Assembly: GCA_903813345.2 (NCBI GenBank)
Contig: CAIIXF020000001.1
Span: forward strand, 34,906,001 to 34,970,000
DNA length: 64,000 nt
Origin: Owenia fusiformis
Lineage: Eukaryota
Direction of reading: 5' to 3'
A model generated the notes under the pieces. The model saw only the letters and a list, made by a program, of their open reading frames with translations. It searched no databases and was not told where the DNA came from. Position numbers and translations under genes: made by a program. Positions 1 to 13,900 of the stretch are shown here, one piece after another (within the stretch, counting starts at the first letter, position 1; each line of letters starts with the position of its first letter).

Positions 1-1918
1 CCCCTCTGGCACCCCAACCCCACCTCCCCCTCTGGCACCCCCCTTTGACACCCCCCCAAAAAAGATTGGAAAAAATCTATAAGGGGTGGATTGAGAAATC
101 AATAAATAAATAATATTGACTCACACTTTAAAAGTGCCCAGAAAGCACAAAATATCATCTTAAAATTGTAAAATTTTCTAGGAGAGTTGCCACCCCTCAC
201 ACTCCCAACAAAACAATTGAAAAATTCTGAATTTCATGTATTGTCTCAGACATTTTTAAAGTGCCCAGACATCATCAAATAGCACCTTGATATGGTCAGT
301 GTTCCTGGGGGACAACCCCTTGCTTCCCCTCTGGCACCCCACCCCACCTCACCTCACCCTCTTTGACACCCCCCAAAAATTTCATTTTTTTATTGACTCA
401 TACACTTTGAAAGTGCCCCAGAAAGCACCAAATAGCATCTGAAAAGTGTAAGATTTTTAGGGGGAGTGGGCCACTCCTTTACACCTTCCATTTTGGAAGT
501 TGCATTTGTTAATTTTAAACACTTTAAAACTGCCCAGAAATCACCAAGTGACATAATAAAATCATAAAAATTTCTGACACCCCACTGCAAAAACTAAAGC
601 ATCCATTTACTCAAACACATTAAAAGTGCTCAGAATTCTCGAAATCGCTGTTCCCTCTTCAAAAGAGGAGACGCGAAAATCTTTCCTTATAAGGTCAAAA
701 TATTTCCCATGATGCAGTTCGCGGAGGAACAAATTTATACTTCCTTGTTTTCCCTCATAGGTTTAACATGGGGATTTTAACACCTATTTTTCAAACGATA
801 TATTCGTTCATATTCCCGTACGGGGGTACAGAAAAAAGTATTAGAAACGATTGATCTTTTATTAATCTTAATATAACAGTATTTTTTTCATTGTATTGAT
901 TCATAGCGTGGTGAAAACGATGATTGAAAAGTGAGAAAATATTCCGGAAGAGAAGGTCACATGATCAGTTGACTAGTCGCCATATTGGAAAAAACAATTC
1001 CATTCGACTTTCAATACTTTCATGCCAATCTTACCGCACTACAAACTGCATCATCGATGCAACAATGGAATAAAAGTATTCATCATCAAATTACATCATA
1101 GAGTTACGTTGAAAACCAACAAATAACTAACTAAGCAGTAGACCAAAGAAGAAGCGTTGCTATTATCTAGGTCACTCTGTTCAGTGGTCCGAAAGCCAAT
1201 CTATAGTTATCGTTTCCGAATTTTGTTGTTCATTGTACAATGTTTTATTGATTAAACTCGGTATACAGACTATTAAAGCAATGACAAAAAAGAATACTTT
1301 CGATGTTGTCATTGTTTTATTTAGCGTGCGGGTGTAAAAACAAAATTGCGTAATTAGTTTGAATTAGAACTTTCGGGTCACGCAAATAGCTACGCGGAAT
1401 GCATAGTGAGAAAATATAAACCAATCAAATTTTGTCCTTTTTGAGTGCTTTTTCAGTGCATATTTGCGAACGTTCTGATTCAAAGAGCGAATCGCGAAAG
1501 GGAGAATTAAACAGACAGCATCTTGAATTAGTTAAATCTTCCTTCGCCCCCCTAAGAAGAAAATGATTGAAAAAAATCTGAATTTCTTTAAATTGATTCT
1601 ATTCTGGATACTTGAAAGTGTCCAGAAATCACTGAATGTGATCTTTAACTGGTAAAAGTTCTCGGGTGAACATTTATGCCCTTCTAGCACACCCTCTCCC
1701 TATTCAAATGTTTCTCCAAATTGCTCATACAATATTTAGTCTAAAAACAATAAAATACTACAAAATAAGCTGAGTGGCCCCAAATATAGGGAGTAACTGA
1801 CCCCCCCCCCCCCCCCTCTGACTTATGCGATTTGATTTATGCGGCAAAAAATTGACAATTTTATATTCTCTTTAGTGAGAACCTCACCCCCCTTGGAGAA
1901 AAGTGTCTTACGGGCCTG
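1..1918. mobile_element. Right part of a non-autonomous DNA element with degenerate internal repeats, interrupted by a second insertion
   Basis: Recurrent AAAGTGCCCAG-like motif (~131, 258, 410, 527, 623, 1615) with C-rich tracts. The end TACGGGCCTG at ~1909-1918 resembles the MITE termini at 51.7-53.4 kb. Confidence 0.45.
634..1508. mobile_element. CpG-richer insertion with degenerate ~30-bp terminal inverted repeats
   Basis: Left end aattctcgaaatcgctgttccctcttc versus reverse complement of the right end aattctccctttcgcgattcgctcttt. It splits the surrounding repeat array; no clear TSD. Confidence 0.35.
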
Positions 1919-4900
1919 GGGTTTAAATTGCACTTGGGTTTGATCAGAATCGATAGGTAGTATTATAATAGAAAACCCCAGAAGGCAACAATTGAAATAC
2001 AAATATTGGGGTAAGGTTACTCAATATGTTAAAGGATTCTTTCCATTGGTGTATATTTGTATAAGGATGCATAAATGAGAAATATAAAACTCATGCTAAA
2101 CCTATGTTGTCATATTCTAGAATGGCATATAATCAAACTTTATTATACACAAAAAAAAATCTATTTGATGATTGAAAATTATATTGAAGTATAAAGTTAT
2201 AAAATGGTATATTTTTGGATTAATTTTAAGAAGGTAAAACAAGTTAGAGATTTAATTAAAAATTAATTCTATTCATTCTTTATTTAGTAAACAGGTTGGG
2301 TTAAACCATAGGTGAGCACTGCATCTTTAATTTTCATTTGTTTAATTAGAACATAGAAGTAATTACTATTATGGCCAACTGTCTTGGATTTAAGAATTAT
2401 AAAGGGATTATAAAATAACACAGGTGGTCATTTGGGTGGGGGATAGGGAGGGGGTTAGCAGAGCACTGGGAAAGTAACAGATTGCATCATGGTCATAAAG
2501 TATTGATATATTATAAATTATCTCCTCAATAAAAATGATGAATATTTGAGTCATCTTCTCTGTTTTGAAAGGAAACTTTATCAACTTTATAAAAACTGTT
2601 TGACTGATATAGATCCAATATATAAAGCATATGATTTTGTGATGGATGGTCCATGTATACAAAAATATTTGACAAAGATCCTGATCTTCAATTTAAAAAT
2701 CTGATGATTGATTATTTCATGTCACATATTTCATGGATAAACCACTGTGGTTTCTTCCAGAATTTCTCAGAAGATGTTATGTCAGTGTACAATTTATTTT
2801 CACATGTAATGAGGGGTGGACAGTTGTTAATGAATGTACGCACTTGAGTATCCTGTAGAAAGTTGCGATATGTCGTGAATCGTGAGAAAAGCTCGACAGT
2901 GATGAATTGTATTTTCCCCAGTGCAGGTGAAAGCGAAGGTAGAACCAAATTAAATGTCATCTTCAATTTACGGAACATTTCCTAGACATCAGTAGTTTTT
3001 GTTCAATTACCTTAAGTGTCGTTTTGCCTGTCTGAAAGGTGTGTACACTTTCCGTACAGGAGACAACTTGCGTCAAATATAAAAGATGTAATTTCAGCAG
3101 GTTAAAATTTGCTATGTCAAAAATTGTGAGAAATTCTCGATGATTGCTTACCAGATATTTCCATATTGATTCTGGCTTTGTCAGTTTATACTATGGGTGT
3201 CTTGTAATAAATGGTGCTACGAAAGAAATCAAATTCCTAGGTTATTGTGGAATTAATTTCTTGGGATGATTTTTATGACATAGTTCTGTTGTTATTCGTC
3301 TGAATTGCAAGGTAATTTTTGATTGCTTTTCCAGAACGCGAATGATAATCACACTCAAATATTCAATAAGTTCTCTGAGGGAACAATTTTACAATAAGAT
3401 CTTAATAATTTCAATGTTGTTCTCTATATTCCTTTTTTTGCATAAAAACCATAGCAGATTTGTAAGAGTGTGTTATAAATGAGAGTAATCACCTGGGATT
3501 AATGAGATTTTTAATCACCACAGGTCATTAATTCCATGTAAAGGTGATGCATCTTTTATTATCTTTAATATCTGGTGCTATTAATCTCACCTTGTTTCTT
3601 TGAACTTAGACAGGTGTGAAATCGTGTTTCACGCAGGTAAATATGTTATCATTGTCAAATGCCAATAAGAAAATTATCTAAACATTTTACTTGCCCAATT
3701 GACTTCTCCAGGGGTATCAGTTTCTCTGAGTTATGAGTTGATAACAGAACTTTTCAACTTGTTTTTTTGATTTTAATTAGAATGATATAATTTTATTTTG
3801 AATATTACATCTTTAATTTATTATTATGTGTCTGTACAATTATTTAGGTGACAGTAGTTATATATGTAGCATTAGATCACCTAGTATATACCATATGTAT
3901 AATAGATCATCATAATCAGTTCTCTTTGATGTCATATCTCCAATATGATCAGGTATTAAGATTAAATCTGCTATTTTGGAGGACATTTTGCTCTCTAGGG
4001 GACCCCAGTTACCCGTTTAATTGGTCCCATATTTTAACCAACTGATCCATTTTGTTATAATTAATAAATGAAGTAAATAGTTCTATATCTTATTTGTTCA
4101 GCTTTATATTATTACTAAATGTGATATAAGGCCTACATGTTAACACAGAGAGAATTTAGTTGGTCCAGATTCAGACAATTGCAGGCCTGTCAATTGTCCT
4201 GCAATTTGCGTATTTGTCACGCATTTGCTGAAGAATTTGAAGTCACGCCAGTTATTTTTGCGTGACAGAAAAAATATTTCTGAAGAAAAATTTCTAAAAA
4301 AGATCGTCTACACAGCAAAAATACGAATGCCGGAAAAAAATGTACGCATTTTGTTCGGACTTTTCACGCGAATTATGTTTATGTCACTCATTCCATTCGA
4401 AATTTTTCGTACCTACGAAGAATTGAAGAAGCATTGACAAGCCATACTGAATGTACATTGCCTTTCTTTGAGGAGAAATATGAAGACACGGAAGATAACA
4501 GTCTTGATGCATTAGCTGCTTTCTCTCCATTCTTTTTAGCACAGATTAATAAATATTGAGGAAGAGTGGGGGGGGGAAAGGCTTGATACAACATTAAAAG
4601 GGTCTTATTGTCATTGTCTTCTTTTTGTGTCATTTCTTTGATCTTTGACACATCCAGTGCAAGCAGTTCTGGATGTATCACAGCATTGTCAAAGAACTCT
4701 CTTAATAGTGAATAAAATTTGACTTAACAGATCACACTTTTACTTTTATTGGTAATATCTATCTTTATTTGATCTTTATTGATGCTATTATTGTGGCCAA
4801 ACAGAGTCACAACTCAGAAGTGTGCCATAGTGACCTTACAAATAATTGCTCTGGTCACAAAGTTCAATAATCTTCATCTTACAAAAATAAAACCTGGAAA

Positions 4901-7900
4901 TTCTGTTCCAGATTTTCATTGATTTTTGATAGCAATTGAAAACCTTTATATATGTTTTTATATTTATATTTTTATAACCTTTTGGTAGATTTTAAATAAA
5001 ACCTTGAGCAATGTTGATATTTTTGTGAGGTCACTACTGTATGCCACAGGGATGTGTATCTATTGTTCAGTTCACCACAGGATATTGTAGATATGATATT
5101 ATGATCTCTCCCTCCAGGTTTATGGAAATCACATGGGCTGAGTTTCTTATTTAGATAACCCATCTTAATTCCTTGTTTTAATTGAACTGAGTTAAATACA
5201 TCAATTGTTAGAGTCTTATCTTAGACTGTTTAATTAACTCAAGATGTTCTCTTCATGAAATCTGGAATAACACATGCATGGTGTAGTTACTGTATATCCA
5301 TATTTTTCTAAACATCTTAGTGTTGCATCAATCCCTTAATTACCATTCATTCTATCTTATATAAGCTATTGTGACCCTTCTCCTTTCTTGCTCAATATAC
5401 CTCCTCCAGTTCCAGGCACTTGCAGGTTAGAAATAGTGTAGGGCTATAAACATGTATTCATTTTTACCTATATATGGATGCTCTTGATCAAGGCTCTCCA
5501 ATGAATAATGTTATCAGAATCAAATGAAGGATAGATAATTCATAATATGTGAATTTTAAAGGTATGAATAGTTGTATAAGATTTTATCAACTTCAAGCCC
5601 TCTATGCATCCTGCATCAGAAGCACTCGTGGCAACCATATCAAATAGGCCCAGTATTTAATTACAATATTTAATTTCTAGTGTTACACCCTCATGCAAGC
5701 TCAAACAATTGCCTCTTAGTTCTACATAATTTACCGTCCAGTTTCAATTTCAGACACACGTATATAATCAGGAAATAATTTGAGGCACATGTCTGCAACA
5801 TCATTAAACTTAGTGATGAATAGAGATTAGTCAATTGTACATTGCTATAATTGTTTGCTAATTGTTTTCAACCATGTCTCCTGTATCTGCCTTTTGCCAG
5901 GTAAATTTAAATTAATTACAAAATGTTCCAATGTCATAATTCATGAGGGTGGCAGAAACCTTCACAATTAGGCCATAATTATTATGTCATTAGCAAATAA
6001 AAAATAGGATATGATAATTGTGAAATCATTTTTATAATTTGAGTTGTAATCAAAGTATTGCAGGCCATGTGATATCTCATGGTGAATAATAATCATTAAA
6101 TATTAAAGTTAAGAATTTTTGTTCCCATGGGATCCAGTGAGATATATCATAAAGTAGAATGAAAGCATGTCTATTGTGTTTGTCTAAGAGGTGTTTAAAC
6201 CATTGTTATTTTGTACATCACTAGACATTAATCCTCTATTACCTGTTCTATTGCTACAATAATAGACACAATGCGATGATAATTACAGTAAATGTTGGTT
6301 TTTCTTGATGTTTCATTTTGTATTGTTTGGATTGCTCTTGGAAATGTTTTGTGTTTTTTTTCGCCACTGATTTGCTCTATTCAGACATGATGGAGAGTAT
6401 TTAACAGGGGAAATAGTCAGGAGCATCATTTTCTGACAATTATAGAACAAACGAAAGACAAGTGTGGGGATTAAGGTGTTCTAAAGCAGATAAAATCACT
6501 GACTTAAGATGACAATTTTGACTAGTGATTAACCGGTCTATTCAAGCCATTTAACAAAACTATTGAGACCAAATAAAGGAGCCCTGAGTTAATTTAGTGA
6601 AAAGTAGGAAATTGCTTTCCATTTACAAATTTAGCATGAAAATATGGAAAATTGTCCATCACTCCTTAATGAGTCTATTTTCCATCTATAATGGAAGCTT
6701 TGATCTGTGGGAAATTTATGACTAGAGATAGACCCAGTAAAAGTGGGAGAGTGACCCATAAACCACAGGACAACAATACTGGATTATCCAGCAGAATGAA
6801 TATATAATGAGCTCACACCTTTTAAAGACAAAACTTCAAAAGTTCCAAACATTTAAATCTGAACCTTCAAGGTGATAAGAACTCTGAAACTTCAGTAGCA
6901 TACCTTTTAATAAATCACACTTTGATCAGTTTGATGAGGATCACATTTATTTGAAATCAAGCTCTAAGATCTTGTTAAGTCACAGGTTTGCATGTCCCTA
7001 CAGAGGAAACTGGGGTCTCAGGAAGATCAAGTAGCAAGTGTTTTTCTATCTAGAAGTTTGTTTATGTAAGGTAGACTTCTAGTTGGTACAAGGAAATCTA
7101 AGGCCCTACCTCATTACAAGGTAAGTAAAGATTATTTCAGAATTAATTCATTGTTTATAAAATCAGACCTCTGATATAAGAACATATTAAGAGCTACTTT
7201 TCAGGTTAGTGCTTCACTGGGATTGTTTATGTTGTTTATAATTTTATATGGAATTTGATAGGATAATAAACAAATTCAGACTAGATATTTGACATAGGAC
7301 TGAAACATGAAGCAATACAACCTTCCTTTATTGAGCTCTTCGCATTCCATAGCATCAATCCTGTAATGAAACTTTGTCAAAAGATGCAGAAAATTGTTTC
7401 CACTATTGAGATTGTTTACTACCTATGTCTGTATAAGGGCAGCGTAGATCCATAAACCATTCCAGCAATATCTAATAGATGCAGACCTAACTAAATTAGA
7501 TTAAAAGGTGTATTGGCAAAATCTATGGGATGGAAGTGAATTTGATTTTCTTGAGCTCATTTGTCAGTTGCTCATTCAGGCGGAACATTCATTAAAAAGG
7601 TGTTTAAGGAAACAATATTCTGCTTTGACGTACTAGTCGCATAATAGATTTTGTTTATCTCGCCCAATGCTTCGGTGATTGACACAGGAATAAGCTATTA
7701 GTGATTGACTATCGGGGTCTCAGATAGCACCCAATCCCCACCAAGTTCTATGTTGCTCCATTGCCCTGTAGGCCAAATAATGACAATTCTGAATGACTGT
7801 AATGTGATTGACCAATCAGATATCTGAAATCCCTGTCCAGTGCTAAAATTGATACCTATTGACCCAGCCTAACATGCTTATTAGATTATAGAAGAGCAGA

Positions 7901-10900
7901 ATTTAATTTTACACGTTATGATTCTTACAATATTCTTTTCCCTAAACTATCATTGTGGTTTGATTTATCGATGGTATAATGTGGAAATGACTTGCAGTCG
8001 GAACTTCGCATGTACCTTGTGGAGGCAATCAGTAAATAGGGAGGTAACCACCCGGAAAGCTGCTGACTGAGCCATGCTGGAAATGCGCAGTCCACATTTC
8101 CATAATATCACCATCACTGGAGAAGTTGATGTTTATGAAAATTGGATTCAATAGACCTTGTATAGATAAAGTGTGAAATAAAACACAAACTATTTCACTG
8201 GAAACTTTTTCGATACTCTAGTTCATCCAGATGTGTCTCGTATTGCCTTAACGATTTATGAATAACTAAGATAGGTGACATGAGTCAGTGAAATAGATCT
8301 GTGTAGGTGGAAGGTGTCTCTATTAATCTTACGTTCAAGTCCTAATATTTACAACTCGCATTGCCAAAAGAAATACATTTTTTGAAATTTTGGGATAAGT
8401 TTCAAGTATTTTTTCTCACCTCTAATGTTCACCTACACATTGTTTTTACCTCTGTATAATATAGACTAAATAATAGAATGATTTGTTATGAATTTTACGT
8501 TGTTCAAATAAAAATATAAGACGGCGAAATTGAATGTCGTAATATCAATAACATAGTTTAGTTGACATATAGTACAGAACGTCTTAACCTGAAAACAATT
8601 TTTTCTAACTGAAACAAAAACATTGCCTAATTTGTTATTAGATTTATTGGTAAAGCTGAAATTAAACAATGGAATGGTTTATAGGGGTTCATTTATATTT
8701 CGTTTTTTATTTATTTAATGTTGCCACTTGTTCTTTCTATAAATCAAAAGGATACTCAACTCTCTGGTTATTTCCTTGTTTGAGATTGAATAGGGGGGAG
8801 GCAACAGTATAACATTTTAAGTCCAAAATAACACCTTCCAAAGACTCTACATACATAGCAATGTAGCATAGTTAAAAGTTGAAAGGTCAAAGCAGGGGTC
8901 AAATCCCATTGATTATCTCAACCACTAGAAGTGTCTCCCAATATAGCTTGACCTGAGTCATGTATCAGTTGCATTAATTCATAAATTCTCCCAAGGGGCT
9001 ACTACGCATGAATGATGGCACCAAGTCACTCCAGCGAGGCTTCAACAAAAAATTAATGTCTTGTTTTTGTATTAATATTGATGTCTTAATCAATAGTTAT
9101 TTTCACCATTCAGCATATATAAAACTAATCAAGACTCTAAAAATTTAATGATAGATTATCTGTTTAAATAGAACAAATGAAAAATGAATGGTTGGAGAGA
9201 ATTTTTACTGTAAATTGATCTATCTAAGGTTAGATTTTCTGGCATAATTTTTGGGAAATCGAATGCAATGAAAGTCGATATAATGGAATACAACTAGAAT
9301 TATTCTAAATTAGTTAAATCAGTTGAATTGTTAGGGTCAAAGAGAAACATTCTTTGAAATAGATGATTTTGAGCATTGACTACATTGATTGTGATAAGTA
9401 CCTTTTTCACGAATCCAGACTCCGTAAATCACCATCGAGAGATTAGAGAGTCATGAGGAAACAAAGCCTTCATAAAGAGACAAACTGGTTTAATCAACGA
9501 ACAAAGGAGCCTTCTATAAATCATTGTCATCATTTCATATCAATGCAATGTACACATATATTAATACCGACCAGAATCAATCCGACTTTCTTCGTCTTAT
9601 CTAGATCGTCAGTTTATTGGTTGGGTTAGGGTAATAACATTGTTCTAAGCTAGTCCTATTACAAACTTGCCATTACCCTAATCTTTTAGGCAGGTTGTGA
9701 TAATAAATATGGTCACAGCTGGTCGGCAATACCCAATTCTCCCTTAGTTATACCTGCTAGAACCGCAATATATACGTTCACAATTTATTCTGCTAATTCA
9801 GGTGAAAAATTAGATTTTAATTGTGCAAGGATTATGTTTATAGCTTTCCCCCTTGCGAGATTAACCTGATGTCACATGTTCACGGTGTTATGGTTGTCAT
9901 GGTAACAGGGTTGCTGCCCACAAGTACATCTGGCAGCGTCATCTGAAATAGGTATCCCTGGTTTAAACAATCTGGAATTCACTTATTCTGCAACATTTTT
10001 TAAATACTAATAATGATTTTCATGAATTTCAATATAGTTTCATCTTCCTGCCTATTTAAATTTTTCTTTTAATATTTAACTTTTTCTGTACTCAAATTTT
10101 GTATACTTAAAAGTGACACTGGCTGGTTTCATTTATAGGCAAGGCAGATTATCAGAGATGGTTTTATAACATATTATCTCACCCCCAGGCCCATTCTTTT
10201 GTCTCCTTAGTTTCGTTGTCACCTAACACTACCCCTGGGGGCCCCACATATGTTGAATTGTCACCACGTATCTAGGGGACAGGAGATTACTATAATGTAA
10301 TTGACATATAAGCATTTCTTTTGTGCATAAGACTATCCATGCATGAAAAATGTTAAATATTTTATCTGTGACAATTTCAAATAATGTTTCACCTCTTTCA
10401 AATACTTTTTAGGTTTAATGGGTAAGTTTCATTCCCATGTTTTAGGATACATTGTGGGAAATGGCTACCTGCATTGAACCGAACCTGTATGATTGGTATA
10501 CTTAATCGGAATCAACTTTCAATTATAGAAACATTCAAATACCGTGTCATTATGTAGTACAAAGGAATCTCCTGTGATGGCTGTTTTGATGACTTTAAAC
10601 ATCGAAAGCAATTTCCTACTTTATCCAGGCATTCACAATGTGACGTGAGTTCATTAATTTGAATATTCGTGTAAATTTATGAGGCGCAATGATAATACCT
10701 GGGAAATGTAGGGCCATTTTTCATCGCCATTTATGTCTTTATCTCCGCCAGTTATACGCAGGAGGATCTTCTAAATGGAGGAATGTTTTGTCTCACCATG
10801 AGATAGCAGCTCTCAGGTGAAGCATAAATACAGAACGAGGCTTATCAAAAGCTAATTATGATTGCTATCTTACATATTATATGTGGCTTGTCATGAATAT

Positions 10901-13900
10901 TTTCCATAATTACCCAATGGCCAAACCTTGATGAGGTTGGTTGAGCACAGGTCTCATGATGATTACAACCATGCCTCCATTTTGTAGAAAGATTAAATAT
11001 CATTTCTATTGAGACCAAAGAAAGGTGAAACTTTGAATTATTGGTAAAGATTTTGTAAGCCTTTTACATGGCAATCCCATTCACCTTTGCATTTCTCACG
11101 ATGTTCAAAATCCCTTGGATTACACATCATTTATCGAGATTTGATGGAAGTGAGTTTTCGTGTTTCTTGCGGAATTATATTGATGAAAAGCACCTGGTGT
11201 GAAATGAGCACCATTGTAGATACAAGTCCAGAGTCAGAAAACCTAATTAGCTCATCTCTTGGCCGGATTATCTAGTCTTATAACAATCACTCTATATCTT
11301 CTATATACCCAATATTGACATGTCCAGAAAACCCAAGGGTATCCTTCTTCTCTTGTTTTCTTGTTTCAGGTCAGGGTGAAAATATTTATTTCTTTTCATT
11401 CAAACCCATTCATTCCGTTATCTATCATTTGATTTTATAAGCTGTTTTTTTATTTCCTGAAGGGAAAAGCATTAGAGATCCGAAGGAAATTGTTATTAAA
11501 TTGAAATGTAGACATCTTTGAGCATTATGAACAACATTGAGCTGTTCAAAATTCATTTAATTTATTATCTTTTCATATGTCTTAAAGTTACAAACCAATA
11601 TTGTTTATTTCATGAGACATTGACTAAGATATTACATTTAAGTAATCTAACCATTGAAAAACATCTAATACATGTATGTCATATACATGTATAACATACA
11701 GTATTAAGAAACAATTTCATAATCATTTCGACCTTTACGTTCATTAATATTCATTATTCATGTTTGTAATTCAGTAATTAATTACGATATAATAACAACA
11801 TGTTCTCTCCATAACCTTATATTTGTATTCTCAAGTGAATACAAAATTGATGTGATATTTGAATATAAAACTGTAAACCTTTAAATACGCTGGCAGTAAT
11901 ACCTTGAAAGCTGTTCGCCATTTTGTCTTTACCTTGTATTAGTCAGGTCTATAGGGAGATACTATTTTATATTCGTAATGCCAGGCTATTAATATGATTC
12001 AATGAGATTCGTAGAAACAAAAGCAATTTGGATCCGGTTTATCGAAGCACTATTCTGTACCTTTAGTTTTAATTCTTGTCACATCAATTCTGTTAGTCAT
12101 TTTGCTGTGAGGATGTCTTTATATATAAGGATGTTTGGTATAATTCGTGTGATATTCTATATGGAGTCCAGGTGCAGATATTGGAATTTCTCGACTCTAG
12201 AGGTATGCGTCTACAAAAAGCTTAATAATGTTATTGACAAATGACTTGTGGGAAGGCTTATCCTTGACGGATGTTTTATACACACGTATATTCATATCAT
12301 CTTAATTCTTGATTTGAGATTATACTGTCGTGTTGTAGTCTTTTTCGTACATTGATGACGCTTTATTTAAGGTCCCATCAAGCTTGTACCTCAGATAAAT
12401 GAAACGAATGATTTTTATGAAATGAATTTGAAATATGTCGGAATGATGATATTAAGCATGGCACTAACAAATTATCTCATTGGAAAATGGCAGGCATTAA
12501 TATGTGGCGTATTAATGCAGTCGTTTCATCTATTATGATAATATGGCTATTGCTACTGTTTCACCGTTCAGCCCGAAGTGACGCGTAGATTAAACAGTCC
12601 AAATAGAACAAAATCAAAGAGTAGTTAAAGGGAAAATCTAATTTACTCGAATTATTTCTTTTCATATTGTTAACGAGGTACACTTTCTGTGATTAATTCT
12701 TCCAAATTGCAATACTTGAACTTTCCTTAGGACACTAATACGCATATATTGCAAGTAACAAATCACATATATGAGTCAGACATTAGGGGCGTTACCAGGG
12801 TGATGTGCAATGAGATAAACAAGTTAATCACACTTTAATGGGGGAAATGTTCATCATTTATAAACCAATTACAAATAATGAAAATAATTTTTTCTTTCAT
12901 TTTATTTTATATCAGTTGCACATGGATAATAAGATATCAGCAAATAGCATGACATTTTAATAAACCAAGCATTAAAATCTGAATACTGCTGTGGTTAATA
13001 TTTTGTATATATAATGTAGTATCAGAATACCAGAATTTTTCTTGTAGTGGAGAATGAACACATTCTAGTAGAGGGGGGAAGTGTGGCAAAATTAATTATT
13101 TTTTCACATGAAGAATAACACAAGGTTTTTGCTGATCAACATACATGTTCTAACAGTATGTTCATTGTTCATTGATTGTTTGCTAAATGGTGAAGTGTGT
13201 CCCAGGTGTGACTCTCTTGGCTCACAGCATGACTGACAAAACCCTGCCAAATGACCATACAATTTGTATATAGACCTTCAAATGAAGTAACATGGTTCCC
13301 ATATTTAAAGAGCTAAATAAGGGGTAAAAGTTAGAATGTAGCAGTGAAATGATAAATAGGCATGAAAATATAACTTTTAATTTAATGTAGAAATATAACA
13401 AAAATTAGACATTCATTTGAAGAAACAGTGAAATTGTATGGAGTAGAGTGAATTAACAGTTATAGGTTAACCCCATGTAGAGAATTGGATTGTGATTAGG
13501 AGAAACCAGCAAGGAACCACATATACTGTTCATCAGGTAATAATTCTATTAGTTGCTTCACTAGGAGAGCACAATAGACACCACTAAAGGGTCAATAACA
13601 CTAAGTGGCCCATGGTGGAGTTGTTATTGTGAAGTATGTGCATCTTCTAATCTTATTGTTAATTACCAGATTGCCACTCTTTGAAGTACACTCCTAAATG
13701 TTCCTCAGTATACTGCCAGAAATAGATATGAATATATTAATTGTGGGGGTCATTCTGCCATGTTTAAAATGGGTTTGTCCACGAATAATTCAATGACTAT
13801 TTAGTGATAATTGTTTTGTTTTTATTATTGTTATTAATTATGATGTACATATAACTTGGATGTTTTATTTCTCTTGTTATGATGAATCATTTATCATTCA

